Positions 54,077-63,685 of a stretch of DNA of 64,000 bases are shown piece after piece. The DNA is from a virus. How positions within the stretch are numbered: position 1 is the stretch's first letter; every line of letters begins with the position of its first letter. The notes below the pieces were generated by a model. That model was not told the DNA's origin, did no database searches, and saw only the letters and a list, made by a program, of their open reading frames with translations. Position numbers and translations under genes: made by a program. The stretch covers positions 5,702 to 69,701 of the IMG/VR virus record IMGVR_UViG_3300044634_001013; one strand, given 5' to 3'.

Positions 54077-54513
54077 CAACAAACGAGTTTATTCCAGTAG
54101 TATTTAATGATGGCGAACCTTTGGATCCCACAAAATTAAATAATCTGGTAAAGAATGTAAACAACGTATACCAGTCAGCCTCCCTGGCGAACCAAACAAA
54201 TTCAGATGGCACGAAGCTAAGCACTCCAGTAATTTTTACTGGGCGTGTTAAGTTTTCTGGAGTAAAGAGCGGAACAATCGTTTCAGATACAATTAACTTT
54301 GGTCAACTTTTTAATGATGATGAGTTAAAGGCTGGTAAGGTTTATGTTTCACTTGGAGTAAGAGCTGCAATAAGTGCAAAGGATGCAATTAGTGCATCTA
54401 TTTCTGGAGCAACAACAACAACTCCTAAGATTTATTGTGCATATGATGGTGATGGAACAAGCCCTAATATTAATATAGATGTGATTGCAGTTTGCATGAG
54501 AGAAGTAGTATAG
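54073..54513 (+). CDS. Minor virion/fibre-like protein
   Basis: VVFNDGEPLDPTKLNNL N-terminal motif typical of small tail proteins; beta-rich C-terminal domain. Confidence 0.55.
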   Translation: MTTNEFIPVVFNDGEPLDPTKLNNLVKNVNNVYQSASLANQTNSDGTKLSTPVIFTGRVKFSGVKSGTIVSDTINFGQLFNDDELKAGKVYVSLGVRAAISAKDAISASISGATTTTPKIYCAYDGDGTSPNINIDVIAVCMREVV

Positions 54514-54517
54514 TCTA

Positions 54518-54558
54518 TTGACAACCCAATAAAATATGTTACAATTAAGTTGTAACAT
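54518..54558 (+). promoter_or_regulatory. Promoter TTGACA-16-TACAAT overlapped by inverted repeat ATGTTACAA-N5-TTGTAACAT
   Basis: -35 at 54518-54523, TG + -10 at 54537-54545, perfect 9-bp arms at 54536-54544 and 54550-54558. Confidence 0.75.
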
Positions 54559-54559
54559 C

Positions 54560-54584
54560 AAAGTCACGCCTTCGTGACTTTTTT
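54560..54584 (+). terminator. Hairpin AAAGTCACG-CCTT-CGTGACTTT plus T-run (terminator or attenuator)
   Basis: Perfect 9-bp stem ending in TTTTTT. Confidence 0.7.
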
Positions 54585-54600
54585 CGTATTAAGGTAAATA

Positions 54601-55401
54601 ATGAGTAACGATTTAAAGTGGATGCTATCATCCGATCAGCAGTTTCCGTACCAAGATGATAAGATGATTGCTTTATGGTTTAAGGTTATGAAATGGTTTA
54701 AGCCAGATGTTGTTGACTATTTAGGAGACACGGACGATCAGGCATGCTATAGTAAATATACTGAAGGTCGTTCTGCGGAGTTTCTAAATTATCATAAGAC
54801 AGAAAGTGGCGACCTCATTGTTCCAATGATGCGACACGAAGCAAAAGGCGCAAGAGATTTTTATACAAAGACCAGAGAGATGCTACCAGATGCCCAGTTG
54901 TTTTCAGCTTTAGGAAACCATGACATCAGAGTATTTAATTACGTAGATGCAAAGCTTCCAGAATATATTAAAGAGGTTACACCAGAATCACTTTGGAGCC
55001 TTGACTCATTGGGATACGAGTACATTTATTATAATGAGCTTCCTAAGCGTCGCTTCGGAGACATTCACGTACACCATGGGCTGTCAGTTTCTGCAACGGG
55101 TGCCGTAAGAAAAGATATGGAAGATCTTCAAGTATCTTTAATTCGTGGACACTCACATAGAATTGCTTCACATATGGTAACATATGAACTAAGAAACAAC
55201 GGAGACGGAGAGACTTTGCGTGGTTATGAAATTGGACACATGTGTGATGAAAAAAGTGATGGCATGAAGTATAGCCAACATCACGACTGGCAAAAGGGAT
55301 TTGCAATTGCACATATTGTAAATGATTATCCACATATTCAAATGATACATGTATCTCCAGACTACTCCTGCGTAGTAGACGGAAAGGTATTTACTTTATA
55401 A
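54601..55401 (+). CDS. Calcineurin-like metallophosphoesterase
   Basis: SDQQFP, LGD..D, LGNHD, HHG, GHSHR motifs. Confidence 0.85.
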   Translation: MSNDLKWMLSSDQQFPYQDDKMIALWFKVMKWFKPDVVDYLGDTDDQACYSKYTEGRSAEFLNYHKTESGDLIVPMMRHEAKGARDFYTKTREMLPDAQLFSALGNHDIRVFNYVDAKLPEYIKEVTPESLWSLDSLGYEYIYYNELPKRRFGDIHVHHGLSVSATGAVRKDMEDLQVSLIRGHSHRIASHMVTYELRNNGDGETLRGYEIGHMCDEKSDGMKYSQHHDWQKGFAIAHIVNDYPHIQMIHVSPDYSCVVDGKVFTL

Positions 55402-55586
55402 TGTGGTGTGCAAAGTGCGGTGGAAGAGTTTTTGTAGATAGAGTATTTTCACAAAAACTTCATGTAGAAGTGTTTTGTATTTTATGCGGAAAAAGAAGTA
55501 TGATCAACAAAGAAACGAGTGCTTTCGGTAAATGGCTAGAAAACAAAGAAACGATAAACTCAAAAAACTACGGTATTTCTTCTTAA
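55401..55586 (+). CDS. Zinc-ribbon protein
   Basis: CAKCGG...FCILCG; TAATG coupling. Confidence 0.75.
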   Translation: MWCAKCGGRVFVDRVFSQKLHVEVFCILCGKRSMINKETSAFGKWLENKETINSKNYGISS

Positions 55587-56017
55587 ACGATAAGATACAT
55601 AAAGTAATTAGATCTTCTAGGTCTAAGGACGAGCTGGTTGCTTGGTGTTATCCAGATAGGAAAAGAGTTTTATATTCCTATTCCCAGGTAAGTAAGTATA
55701 TGGAAAACGCATTTACTTTGGTAGAAGTTGCATCTATGTTAAATAAGCATAGAGTAACTATACAAGAATATATCATTCAGGGTAAAATTAAAACTCCTCA
55801 AAGAGTCTATCCTATTAGTAATCCTGATCATGAAAATTGGCATAAGTATATGTTTAAAGAATCTGATATATTAGATCTACATCAATATATATTGGATGCT
55901 GGGCACTCAAGCGAAATTCCATCAAGAAGCGAGCTTCAGGCCCTTCTCAAACACAACTTAATATTGTATACTAAGACAGAAGAAGGAAAGTTTGTACCTG
56001 TATGGAAGGCGGAGTAG
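55532..56017 (+). CDS. Helix-turn-helix DNA-binding protein (MerR/excisionase-like)
   Basis: FTLVEVASMLNKHRVTIQEYIIQGKIKTP...YMFKESDI. Confidence 0.7.
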   Translation: MARKQRNDKLKKLRYFFLNDKIHKVIRSSRSKDELVAWCYPDRKRVLYSYSQVSKYMENAFTLVEVASMLNKHRVTIQEYIIQGKIKTPQRVYPISNPDHENWHKYMFKESDILDLHQYILDAGHSSEIPSRSELQALLKHNLILYTKTEEGKFVPVWKAE

Positions 56018-56130
56018 TGGAAAAGGGAAGAGTAGTAGTTTGTGATATATGCAAAAAGGATGTTGTTGTACGTTGGGGTATTTTCGCTAACGATACATTG
56101 TCAAGGCACAAGAAGGCGGAGCATAAGTAA
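56017..56130 (+). CDS. Unlisted 37-aa C2H2-type zinc-finger miniprotein
   Basis: GTG overlapping the upstream TAG; (M)EKGRVVVCDICKKDVVVRWGIFANDTLSRHKKAEHK; its TAA overlaps the next ATG. Confidence 0.7.
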   Translation: MEKGRVVVCDICKKDVVVRWGIFANDTLSRHKKAEHK

Positions 56131-56336
56131 TGTCAGAAACTAGAGTTAAAGTTGACCTATCATTTACACGTAACTTAGGAAACTATGAAAGCATTAAGAT
56201 TGGCATCGGCGTTGAAGACGATGTCCGTCAAGGCGAAAACGTAGATACTGCAACAGAGAGAGTCTATGCTTTTGTAGAAAACAAATTAATTGAAAAGACA
56301 CGTGAAGTAGAAGAAGAGCTAAAGCGTGGCAAGTGA
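56130..56336 (+). CDS. Hypothetical protein of the replication module
   Basis: V.LSFTRNLGNYESIKI.IG..D. Confidence 0.75.
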   Translation: MSETRVKVDLSFTRNLGNYESIKIGIGVEDDVRQGENVDTATERVYAFVENKLIEKTREVEEELKRGK

Positions 56337-56649
56337 CAAGCAGCCTTATGTACTTATAAGCCTTTATCAATCTTTGTATAAAGAAAAGTATGGCAGGGTT
56401 CCAACCATGAATAAGTTCCGTGAAAAATGGGCAATGCAAGACGTGATTGACAGCGTAGGTTTTGACCGAGCTAAAGATCTTTTGGTATACTACTTTAGCC
56501 TTAATAAAAATGGACATCCGTTACAGTTCTTCTTCTATAACTTTGATAAGATGGATGCACTAAAGATTGAGATAGAGCGAGATAAAGAAAAGCGTCGTTT
56601 GTTACTAGAAGAAACGAAGAAGATGGTTGAAGAAGGCGGAATAGCATGA
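56326..56649 (+). CDS. Hypothetical protein upstream of the helicase (possible loader)
   Basis: Overlaps both neighbours; helical. Confidence 0.65.
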   Translation: MASDKQPYVLISLYQSLYKEKYGRVPTMNKFREKWAMQDVIDSVGFDRAKDLLVYYFSLNKNGHPLQFFFYNFDKMDALKIEIERDKEKRRLLLEETKKMVEEGGIA

Positions 56650-57893
56650 ATACAGAGGCAACATTAATCTCTGCTGTATGTAAGAATAAGGATATTAGTA
56701 CCCTTCTTGCCGATAACGTAGATGAGCTATTTACTTCCCACAGGGATATTTGGGAGGGGTTAAAGTCATATTATTATAAGTTTAAAGCAGTTCCAGAGGT
56801 TGGAATCTTACAAGAGAAGTTTAAAGATTTTGAGCCAGATGCAGCTCCAAAAGCTGAGACTGGATATTACCTAGATAAACTTAAGAATGAATATCTTACC
56901 AACCGCCTAAAGAATATTATTCTTAAGGGTGGATCTATGCTTAAAGAAGATGCTGCAGCAAGAGTGCTTGCAGAGATGCAGTCTCAACTAGCAAATCTAA
57001 GTCGATATACAAATAATGTTCGTGACTTAGATGTCATTGATGCAGAAGCAGCAGTCAGGCACTTTGAGGCAGTCCAAGCACGTTCTGCAGTAATGGGTGG
57101 AGCACCAGGAATTACAACTGGGTTTGATGCAATTGATAAAGCATATCCTACTGGAATGGCTCCAGGACATTTAATTGTTGCTATTGGTTGGCCAGGACGT
57201 GGTAAGACTTGGTTCACATCATATCTTGCATGTAAGGCATGGGAGCAAGGCTTCAAGCCAATGATTGTTTCGCTGGAAATGTCTCCTGAAAATATGCGTG
57301 ATCGTATTTATACAATGATGGGCTCTGGTATGTTTAAGGCAAGCGATTTCTCAAAGGGCGCAGTCAATGTAGATGATTTTAGATCATGGTCTTCAAAGAA
57401 GTTTGAGAACAAGAATAGCTTTATCCTTATTTCTAATGAAGGAAATACAGAAGTTACTCCAGCAACTATTCAGGGAAAGATTGATCAGCACAAGCCAGAC
57501 ATGGTAATCCTTGACTATCATCAGCTGTTTAATGATAATAAAAGAAGTAATTCTGAAGTAGAAAGAAATAGAAATATCTCTCGTGAGTTTAAGTTGCTTG
57601 CAGTTTCAAATAATATTCCAATTATTGATATTACTGCTGCAACTGCAGATGATGTTTCAGATCAAGACAACCCGCCTATGATGAGTCAAGTTGCTTGGTC
57701 TAAGGCAATTGAATACGATGCTGACATGGCTATGGCTATTCACAGATATCCAAACAGTAATATGATTGAAGTTGTTTCTAGAAAGAATCGTCATGGAACG
57801 GAGTTTAACTTCTTCCTTGACTGGGATATCAATCGTGGTATCGTAAAAGAGATTTATGAAAATCCTTTCCAGAATGACGCACAAAAGAATTAA
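56646..57893 (+). CDS. dnaB: Replicative DNA helicase
   Basis: GITTGF..ID, GWPGRGKT (Walker A), SLEMS, ILDY.QL, ISREFKLLA, IEYDAD, KNRHG. Confidence 0.93.
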   Translation: MNTEATLISAVCKNKDISTLLADNVDELFTSHRDIWEGLKSYYYKFKAVPEVGILQEKFKDFEPDAAPKAETGYYLDKLKNEYLTNRLKNIILKGGSMLKEDAAARVLAEMQSQLANLSRYTNNVRDLDVIDAEAAVRHFEAVQARSAVMGGAPGITTGFDAIDKAYPTGMAPGHLIVAIGWPGRGKTWFTSYLACKAWEQGFKPMIVSLEMSPENMRDRIYTMMGSGMFKASDFSKGAVNVDDFRSWSSKKFENKNSFILISNEGNTEVTPATIQGKIDQHKPDMVILDYHQLFNDNKRSNSEVERNRNISREFKLLAVSNNIPIIDITAATADDVSDQDNPPMMSQVAWSKAIEYDADMAMAIHRYPNSNMIEVVSRKNRHGTEFNFFLDWDINRGIVKEIYENPFQNDAQKN

Positions 57894-58176
57894 AAGATTT
57901 CAAATTAATGTAGAGTTTCATGATAACAGTCAGCTGATAAGCTTGCGACCACAATATGAAACTTTATTAACTCACGACATGAGGTCTAAAGGATACGTTA
58001 GGGTACTTGACATAGACCCAGCGTTTTCGGTAGAATTTACGGGCGAGACGTGGAAGTTCTTAATGACCCTTCACGGTGTATATGTTGGAAAGAAGAAGGC
58101 ATGGCAATCAGAGGGTATAATACAAAGCAAGTTGATACCACGCAGTATGCCCCAGCGCATATCAAGTCCGTCTTAA
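57874..58176 (+). CDS. Hypothetical protein between helicase and primase
   Basis: MRSKGYVRVLDIDPAFS...LHGVYVGKKKA; start at 57856 or 57874. Confidence 0.65.
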   Translation: MTHKRIKRFQINVEFHDNSQLISLRPQYETLLTHDMRSKGYVRVLDIDPAFSVEFTGETWKFLMTLHGVYVGKKKAWQSEGIIQSKLIPRSMPQRISSPS

Positions 58177-59096
58177 AGTCCGTAGGTCTTGAGATTGTTG
58201 GTGAAACTTCTAATGACTTTCTATGCTACTGCCCATTTCATTCTAATAGACACACCTCAAGCTTTAGCGTAAGTCGTGAGAAGGGTGCATTTATTTGTTT
58301 CAATCCGTCATGTGGAGAGTCTGGCACATTACTTGAATTGGTTAAGCGTGTCATGCACAAGAATGACTTTGAAGCGATGCGTTTTATATCAACAAAAGAA
58401 ACAGAAGCCCTTGAAAATTTTGATGAACTTCTAGCAGAAACAATGGAAGACAAACCTGTCTTTCAAGAGTTTTCAAGTGAGACTCTTTTAAAGCTTCATT
58501 CTGAGTTGGTATCTACTGAAGCTGCAGTAGAGTATTTTAAATCTAGAGGAATCAATCAGCAGTCAATTAAAGATTTTGATCTAGGTTATTCTAAGAATAT
58601 GGGAATGGTAACTGTTCCAGTTCATAGCCCAGACGGTATGCCAATTGGAATTGTTGGTAGATCTATTGAGGGCAAGTCTTTTAAGAATAGTACTAATTTG
58701 CCTAAGAGCAAAACGTTGTTCAACATTCATCGTGCTAAAAAAATTGGTGACCATGTAATTGTTGTTGAGTCAAGCTTTGATGCCATACGTGTACATCAAT
58801 CTGGATTTCCTAATGTTGTTGCCACCCTCGGCGGGTTCTTATCTAAAGAGCAACAATCTTTATTGAATAGACACTTTAATAGAATAACAATAATGACAGA
58901 CGCAGATTTGGCTGGCAGAGAATTAGGTTTTAGCATAGCCAATAAATTAAGAATGAAGGACCTCTTGTGGTCTTCCTACCAATATGGTAAGATATATCCA
59001 CATGATGCAAAAGATGCAGGCGATATGACTGACGAAGAGATTAAAGCCTGTATTAAAAATTCTGTATCCGATATAGAATACAGATCTTGGAACTAA
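58101..59096 (+). CDS. dnaG: DNA primase (CHC2 zinc finger + TOPRIM)
   Basis: CPFH...SF......FICF..SCG; GR; VVESSFDAI; ATLG; MTDADLAG. Confidence 0.9.
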   Translation: MAIRGYNTKQVDTTQYAPAHIKSVLKSVGLEIVGETSNDFLCYCPFHSNRHTSSFSVSREKGAFICFNPSCGESGTLLELVKRVMHKNDFEAMRFISTKETEALENFDELLAETMEDKPVFQEFSSETLLKLHSELVSTEAAVEYFKSRGINQQSIKDFDLGYSKNMGMVTVPVHSPDGMPIGIVGRSIEGKSFKNSTNLPKSKTLFNIHRAKKIGDHVIVVESSFDAIRVHQSGFPNVVATLGGFLSKEQQSLLNRHFNRITIMTDADLAGRELGFSIANKLRMKDLLWSSYQYGKIYPHDAKDAGDMTDEEIKACIKNSVSDIEYRSWN

Positions 59097-59105
59097 TGAT
59101 ATAAT
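59097..59105 (+). promoter_or_regulatory. Extended -10 promoter TGaTATAAT upstream of the SSB gene
   Basis: AATGATATAATAATAA is identical to 41871-41886. Confidence 0.65.
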
Positions 59106-59150
59106 AATAATACAGATGGATATATACCATCAACTATAATAAGGAGAAGC

Positions 59151-59822
59151 ATGAGCATAGTAAAGGGTCTAAAAGATCTAAACAAGGCACTAGACAAGCC
59201 AACATATAGCGGTGGCGACGAGAATAAAGGTCGCTGGCTAAAGATTGAAGATGGGGAAAGCGTAAAGATTAGATTCTTGCAAGAGCTTGATCCAGATTCA
59301 CCAACATATAATGACAAGCTCGGATGTGGTTTTATTGCACTAGAGCATACTAATCCAAAAGATTACCGCCGTAAGGCATTAGACACAATGGAAACAGAAG
59401 GTCGTGATTGGGCTAACGAGCAACATCGTAAAGATCCAAAGGCTGGCTGGAAGGCTAGAACACGCCTCTACATCAATGTGCTAGTAGACGACGGCAAAGA
59501 AGAGCCATACGTAGCAATCCTATCTCAGGGAACAAGTGGCAAAACAATTACACCTACACTAATTGAGTATGCTGGCGAAATGGGAAGCATAACAAATCTA
59601 ATGTGGCGTATCAAGCGCAATGGAACAAAGACTGATACAAGCTATACAATCATTCCATTGGCAAAGGATGAGAAGCCTTTTGATTTTGAATCTCTTGAGC
59701 TTTTTGATCTTGAAAAAACAGCAGTTCGTCACGTACCATATGCAGAGCAGGAAGCTTTCTATATGGGAGAAAATGGCGGACATGAAGAGTCTACTGCATC
59801 ATCTAGCAGTGTAGACTGGTAA
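59151..59822 (+). CDS. Single-stranded DNA-binding protein (gp32-like)
   Basis: WLKIEDGESVKIRFL, YINVLV, IKRNG...DTSY; acidic tail ending in W; lies between primase and polymerase. Confidence 0.75.
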   Translation: MSIVKGLKDLNKALDKPTYSGGDENKGRWLKIEDGESVKIRFLQELDPDSPTYNDKLGCGFIALEHTNPKDYRRKALDTMETEGRDWANEQHRKDPKAGWKARTRLYINVLVDDGKEEPYVAILSQGTSGKTITPTLIEYAGEMGSITNLMWRIKRNGTKTDTSYTIIPLAKDEKPFDFESLELFDLEKTAVRHVPYAEQEAFYMGENGGHEESTASSSSVDW

Positions 59823-59847
59823 CAGGTTATAAAGGCGGAGAATTAAG

Positions 59848-62800
59848 TTGAACTTCACACATCTACATGTGCACTCTTACTATTCATTAATGGATGGGCT
59901 TAATTCTCCTGCCGAACTTGTTAAGGCTGCAAAGGATGCTGGACAAACAGCATTAGCAATAACAGATCATGGCACCCTATCTTCACATCGTGAAATGCAG
60001 GTAGCCTGTAAGGATCAGGGCATAAAGCCGATACTTGGAGTAGAAGCATACATATCTCCGACAGATAGATTTGACCGCTCCTCTAAAACAGATAAGTCTA
60101 TTCAGGCTTACAACCACATTATCCTCTTGGCTAAGAATAAAAAGGGCCTAGAGAACATAAATATTTTGCAAGAACTTGCGTGGAACGAAGGCTTTTATCA
60201 TAAGCCACGTATTGATAGAGAGGTGCTTAGAGAATATGCTGAAGGTATTATTGTACTCTCTGGATGCCTTAATGGGCTTATCTCTAAGGCTATCGAAAAG
60301 GGCGAGTTCTCTGAAGCTAAAATGGTTCTCAAGGATTTTAAGAAAACTTTCGGTGATGATTTTTATATTGAGGTTCAATCTCACAACCCAGAAGAAATAA
60401 ATTCAAAGCTGCTTGAGTTTGCTGATGAGCTTAAAATTAAGGCGGTGGCAACAGGAGACGCACACTTTGCTAAAGAAGAAGATCGTGTACTAGAAGAAGC
60501 CATGCTTATTCTATCAACATCTCCTAAAATGGATAAGGATGCTGATTTTGATATGTCTAGACAGATTAAAGATATTAATGATAGATTAAATTACTTATAT
60601 CCAGACCGCAGAATATCTTTTCAGGATTATAATCTATTTATTCAGACTCGTGCTGAAATTGAGGCAGACTTTAATAAATCTAATATAACTCGCACAGACA
60701 TTTATGATAATACAATGGAGATTGCCAATAAAGTAGAGGAATATGATTTTTATCAGGGCCTAGACCTTCTGCCAGTACCTAAGACTGATGCCGATGAAAG
60801 ACTAAGGGAGCTATCTGAAAAGGGCTTACAGAGCCTTCAGAAGGCTTCAGACCCTATTTATAAGGAGAGGCTAGAGGAAGAGCTTTCTGTAATTGCCTCT
60901 AAAAACTTTGCCTCATACTTCCTTGTAGTTGCAGATATGATTAACTGGGCTAAGGATAATAATATTAAGGTTGGTCCAGGTCGTGGTTCCGCAGCAGGCT
61001 CATTGGTCTGCTACGCCCTTGGAATTACAGACGTAGACCCAATTAAATATGACTTACTATTTTTCCGATTTATTAATCCTGAGCGTAATGACTTTCCAGA
61101 TATCGATACAGACTTTGAAGACCGTCGTCGTAAAGAAGTTAAAGATTATTTAAAGAAGAAGTTTAAGCACGTCGCATCTATTTCTACATACACTTATTTT
61201 AAAGATAAGGGTGTTATCCGTGATGCTGCTCGTGTATTCATGGTTCCTCTTCAAGAGGTTAACCGTGCAATGAAGTCAATCGATACTTTTGAAGATTTTA
61301 TTGAATCCCCTAACACAAAAGAATTTAGACAGCGATACCCAGAGGTTGTTTGGCTAGCAGAAAGATTGCGTGGTCGAATTAGATCTGTTGGAGTTCATGC
61401 TGCTGGAGTTGTAGTAGCAAAAGACGATCTTCGCAAATTTGCACCTGTTGAATCACGTGCAGATGCTAGCGACTCTGTATCTGGCAGAATACCAGTTGTA
61501 GCTTATGATATGGATACAGTTGCAGATATTGGATTGATTAAGCTTGATGCTTTGGGTTTAAAAACTTTATCGGTTATATCTGATACATTAGACTCAGTCA
61601 AGAAGCGACATAAGAAAGATATTAATCTTTCTGAATTGAATCTAGATGATCCAAAAGTTTATCAGATGCTTAGCGAAGGATATACAAAAGGCGTGTTTCA
61701 AGCAGAAGCAACACCTTACACAAACCTTCTTATGAAGATGGGCGTTGACAAGTTTGAAGATCTGGCTGCATCAAACGCTTTAGTGCGTCCAGGAGCTATG
61801 AATACTGTAGGTGCCTCATACATTAATCGTAAGCATGGTCGTGAAGCAGTTCAGTTTACTCACCCAATTACAAGACCTTTTACGGAGAATACATACGGTG
61901 TTATTATATATCAGGAACAGGTTATGCAAGCATGCGTACACCTAGGAGGAATGTCTTGGTCTGAGGCTGATAAGGTCCGCAAGATTATTGGAAAGAAGAA
62001 AGATGCAAAAGAGTTCGACCAGTTCAAGGATCGCTTTATTGATGGCGCTTCAAAGCACATTTCTAAGAAACAAGCCGAAGACCTCTGGCATACTTTTGAG
62101 GCTCACGCTGGGTATTCTTTTAATCGTTCCCATGCTGTTGCTTACTCTATGCTGTCTTATTATACTGCTTGGCTTAAAACTTATTACCCTTTGGAATTCA
62201 TGTTTTCGATTCTTAAAAACGAAAATGACAAAGACGCCAGAACAGAGTATCTGATTGAAGCAAAGCGCTTAGGTCTTAAGATAAAGCTACCGCATATTAA
62301 TGAATCAGACATCTACTTCTCTTTGCAGGGAGATTCAATTAGATTCGGTCTAGCCGAAGTTAAATTTATTTCTGACAGCATTGCAAATAAAATACTTGAG
62401 AAGAGACCATTCAAAGACTATGCAGAGTTTATTGATAAGTCTTCTGCTAAAGGAAGCGGTATTAATAGTAGAGCAATCACAGCTTTAAACTCAATCGGTG
62501 GCGCAGCTTTTGAAGATAATCCTAGATCGGGAAACGAAAAGGATAGCTACTACGAATACCTAGGCATACCTACATTTAATCTAGAGGGAATTCCTCCAAG
62601 AATTAAGGCACAGGCACGTCCGATTGAAGAGTTTGAAGACCTTGGATCATTCGTTATGTTTGGAATGGTTAAAGCAATTAAAAGAGGAAATGGCTGGGCA
62701 AGAGTAGAGCTAGTCGATGAGACTGGAACTATCGGTCTATTTCATAACGAGCAAACTCAAATTGAAACAAATCAAATGTATTTCATTATGGTCGGAGACA

Positions 62801-63117
62801 ATAGAATTGCACGGTATGTAAAGATATCAGACATTGATCCAAACGGCTCAGATATATTTGTAGACTATCTGTATAGGAAAGAATATGACCTAGAGGAAGA
62901 TGAATACATGGTTGTTAATTTTACTCCATACACAACTAAGGCTGGTAAAACAATGAGCCACATAGTTTTGAGTAATAGGGATAAAGAGCTTACTAGAGTT
63001 ATTGTTTTCCCAACAATGTATAAGAACTCCCTTGCTAGAATGAGAGAAGGAATGAAGTGTAAGGTTACTTTGTCTAAGCTAGACGATGGAACATTAATGG
63101 TTAAGGAAATAAAATGA
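59848..63117 (+). CDS. dnaE: DNA polymerase III alpha subunit (family C)
   Basis: FTHLHVHSYYSLMDG, AITDHG, GPGRGSAAGSLV.YALGIT, FPDIDTDF, HAAGVV, K.D.LGL, YQEQVM, YSFNRSHA. Confidence 0.96.
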   Translation: MNFTHLHVHSYYSLMDGLNSPAELVKAAKDAGQTALAITDHGTLSSHREMQVACKDQGIKPILGVEAYISPTDRFDRSSKTDKSIQAYNHIILLAKNKKGLENINILQELAWNEGFYHKPRIDREVLREYAEGIIVLSGCLNGLISKAIEKGEFSEAKMVLKDFKKTFGDDFYIEVQSHNPEEINSKLLEFADELKIKAVATGDAHFAKEEDRVLEEAMLILSTSPKMDKDADFDMSRQIKDINDRLNYLYPDRRISFQDYNLFIQTRAEIEADFNKSNITRTDIYDNTMEIANKVEEYDFYQGLDLLPVPKTDADERLRELSEKGLQSLQKASDPIYKERLEEELSVIASKNFASYFLVVADMINWAKDNNIKVGPGRGSAAGSLVCYALGITDVDPIKYDLLFFRFINPERNDFPDIDTDFEDRRRKEVKDYLKKKFKHVASISTYTYFKDKGVIRDAARVFMVPLQEVNRAMKSIDTFEDFIESPNTKEFRQRYPEVVWLAERLRGRIRSVGVHAAGVVVAKDDLRKFAPVESRADASDSVSGRIPVVAYDMDTVADIGLIKLDALGLKTLSVISDTLDSVKKRHKKDINLSELNLDDPKVYQMLSEGYTKGVFQAEATPYTNLLMKMGVDKFEDLAASNALVRPGAMNTVGASYINRKHGREAVQFTHPITRPFTENTYGVIIYQEQVMQACVHLGGMSWSEADKVRKIIGKKKDAKEFDQFKDRFIDGASKHISKKQAEDLWHTFEAHAGYSFNRSHAVAYSMLSYYTAWLKTYYPLEFMFSILKNENDKDARTEYLIEAKRLGLKIKLPHINESDIYFSLQGDSIRFGLAEVKFISDSIANKILEKRPFKDYAEFIDKSSAKGSGINSRAITALNSIGGAAFEDNPRSGNEKDSYYEYLGIPTFNLEGIPPRIKAQARPIEEFEDLGSFVMFGMVKAIKRGNGWARVELVDETGTIGLFHNEQTQIETNQMYFIMVGDNRIARYVKISDIDPNGSDIFVDYLYRKEYDLEEDEYMVVNFTPYTTKAGKTMSHIVLSNRDKELTRVIVFPTMYKNSLARMREGMKCKVTLSKLDDGTLMVKEIK

Positions 63118-63329
63118 CACAAGACATAGAGGGCCTAGTAACTTCTATTAGCATGAATCAAATTTTAGTTGCTATATTAGAAGAGCATAAAAAGATTACA
63201 GTTCCAACTTTAAAATTTTTAGAGGCAGAAACGGGTAATAAGGAATTAGTTATAGATTATGATGAGACAGTCCCATCATTTACTTTTAGTTTGAGAGAAA
63301 AAAATGGAAACGAATCAAGTTCTGACTGA
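63114..63329 (+). CDS. Hypothetical protein
   Basis: ATGA overlap with dnaE; AAGGA SD. Confidence 0.65.
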   Translation: MTQDIEGLVTSISMNQILVAILEEHKKITVPTLKFLEAETGNKELVIDYDETVPSFTFSLREKNGNESSSD

Positions 63330-63651
63330 GTATGGATTAGATGCACTTTCAGCAATGCTTCATGAGATTGCCAAAGAAAAAGGGTTTTGGGATGGAGAAT
63401 ATTCCTACGACAAGGTCGGAAATAAATTAGCTCTAGTTCATTCTGAAGTTACTGAAGTATTAGAAGCAATTAGAAAAAATAAAGGTTCAGAAGCGGTAGT
63501 TGAAGAAATGGCTGATGTAATTATTAGACTATTGGATATTTATGCAGCAATGAGAAATGAAGAAAAGGTTCTTCATAGTTTAGATGAAACTCTAGAAAAG
63601 AAAATTAATATAAATAAAGATAGACCAAAGCTTCACGGAAACGCATTTTAA
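63304..63651 (+). CDS. MazG-like NTP pyrophosphohydrolase
   Basis: KLALVHSEVTEVLEAIRK...EEMADVIIRLLD...K...N..RP..HG. Confidence 0.85.
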   Translation: METNQVLTEYGLDALSAMLHEIAKEKGFWDGEYSYDKVGNKLALVHSEVTEVLEAIRKNKGSEAVVEEMADVIIRLLDIYAAMRNEEKVLHSLDETLEKKININKDRPKLHGNAF

Positions 63652-63660
63652 TGATATACT
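63632..63660 (+). promoter_or_regulatory. Promoter TTCACG-17-TATACT with TG extension upstream of recA
   Basis: TGaTATACT at 63652-63660. Confidence 0.55.
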
Positions 63661-63685
63661 TGGCAGAGAGAAGAAAGATTACTAT

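Noticed and set aside
59115-59131. GATGG-N7-CCATC hairpin in the SSB leader as an autoregulatory element
   Set aside because: Only a 5-bp stem, expected by chance; no further support
56646-63117. Inteins or introns in dnaB or dnaE
   Set aside because: Both have normal length and contiguous motifs, with no C...HN splice signatures
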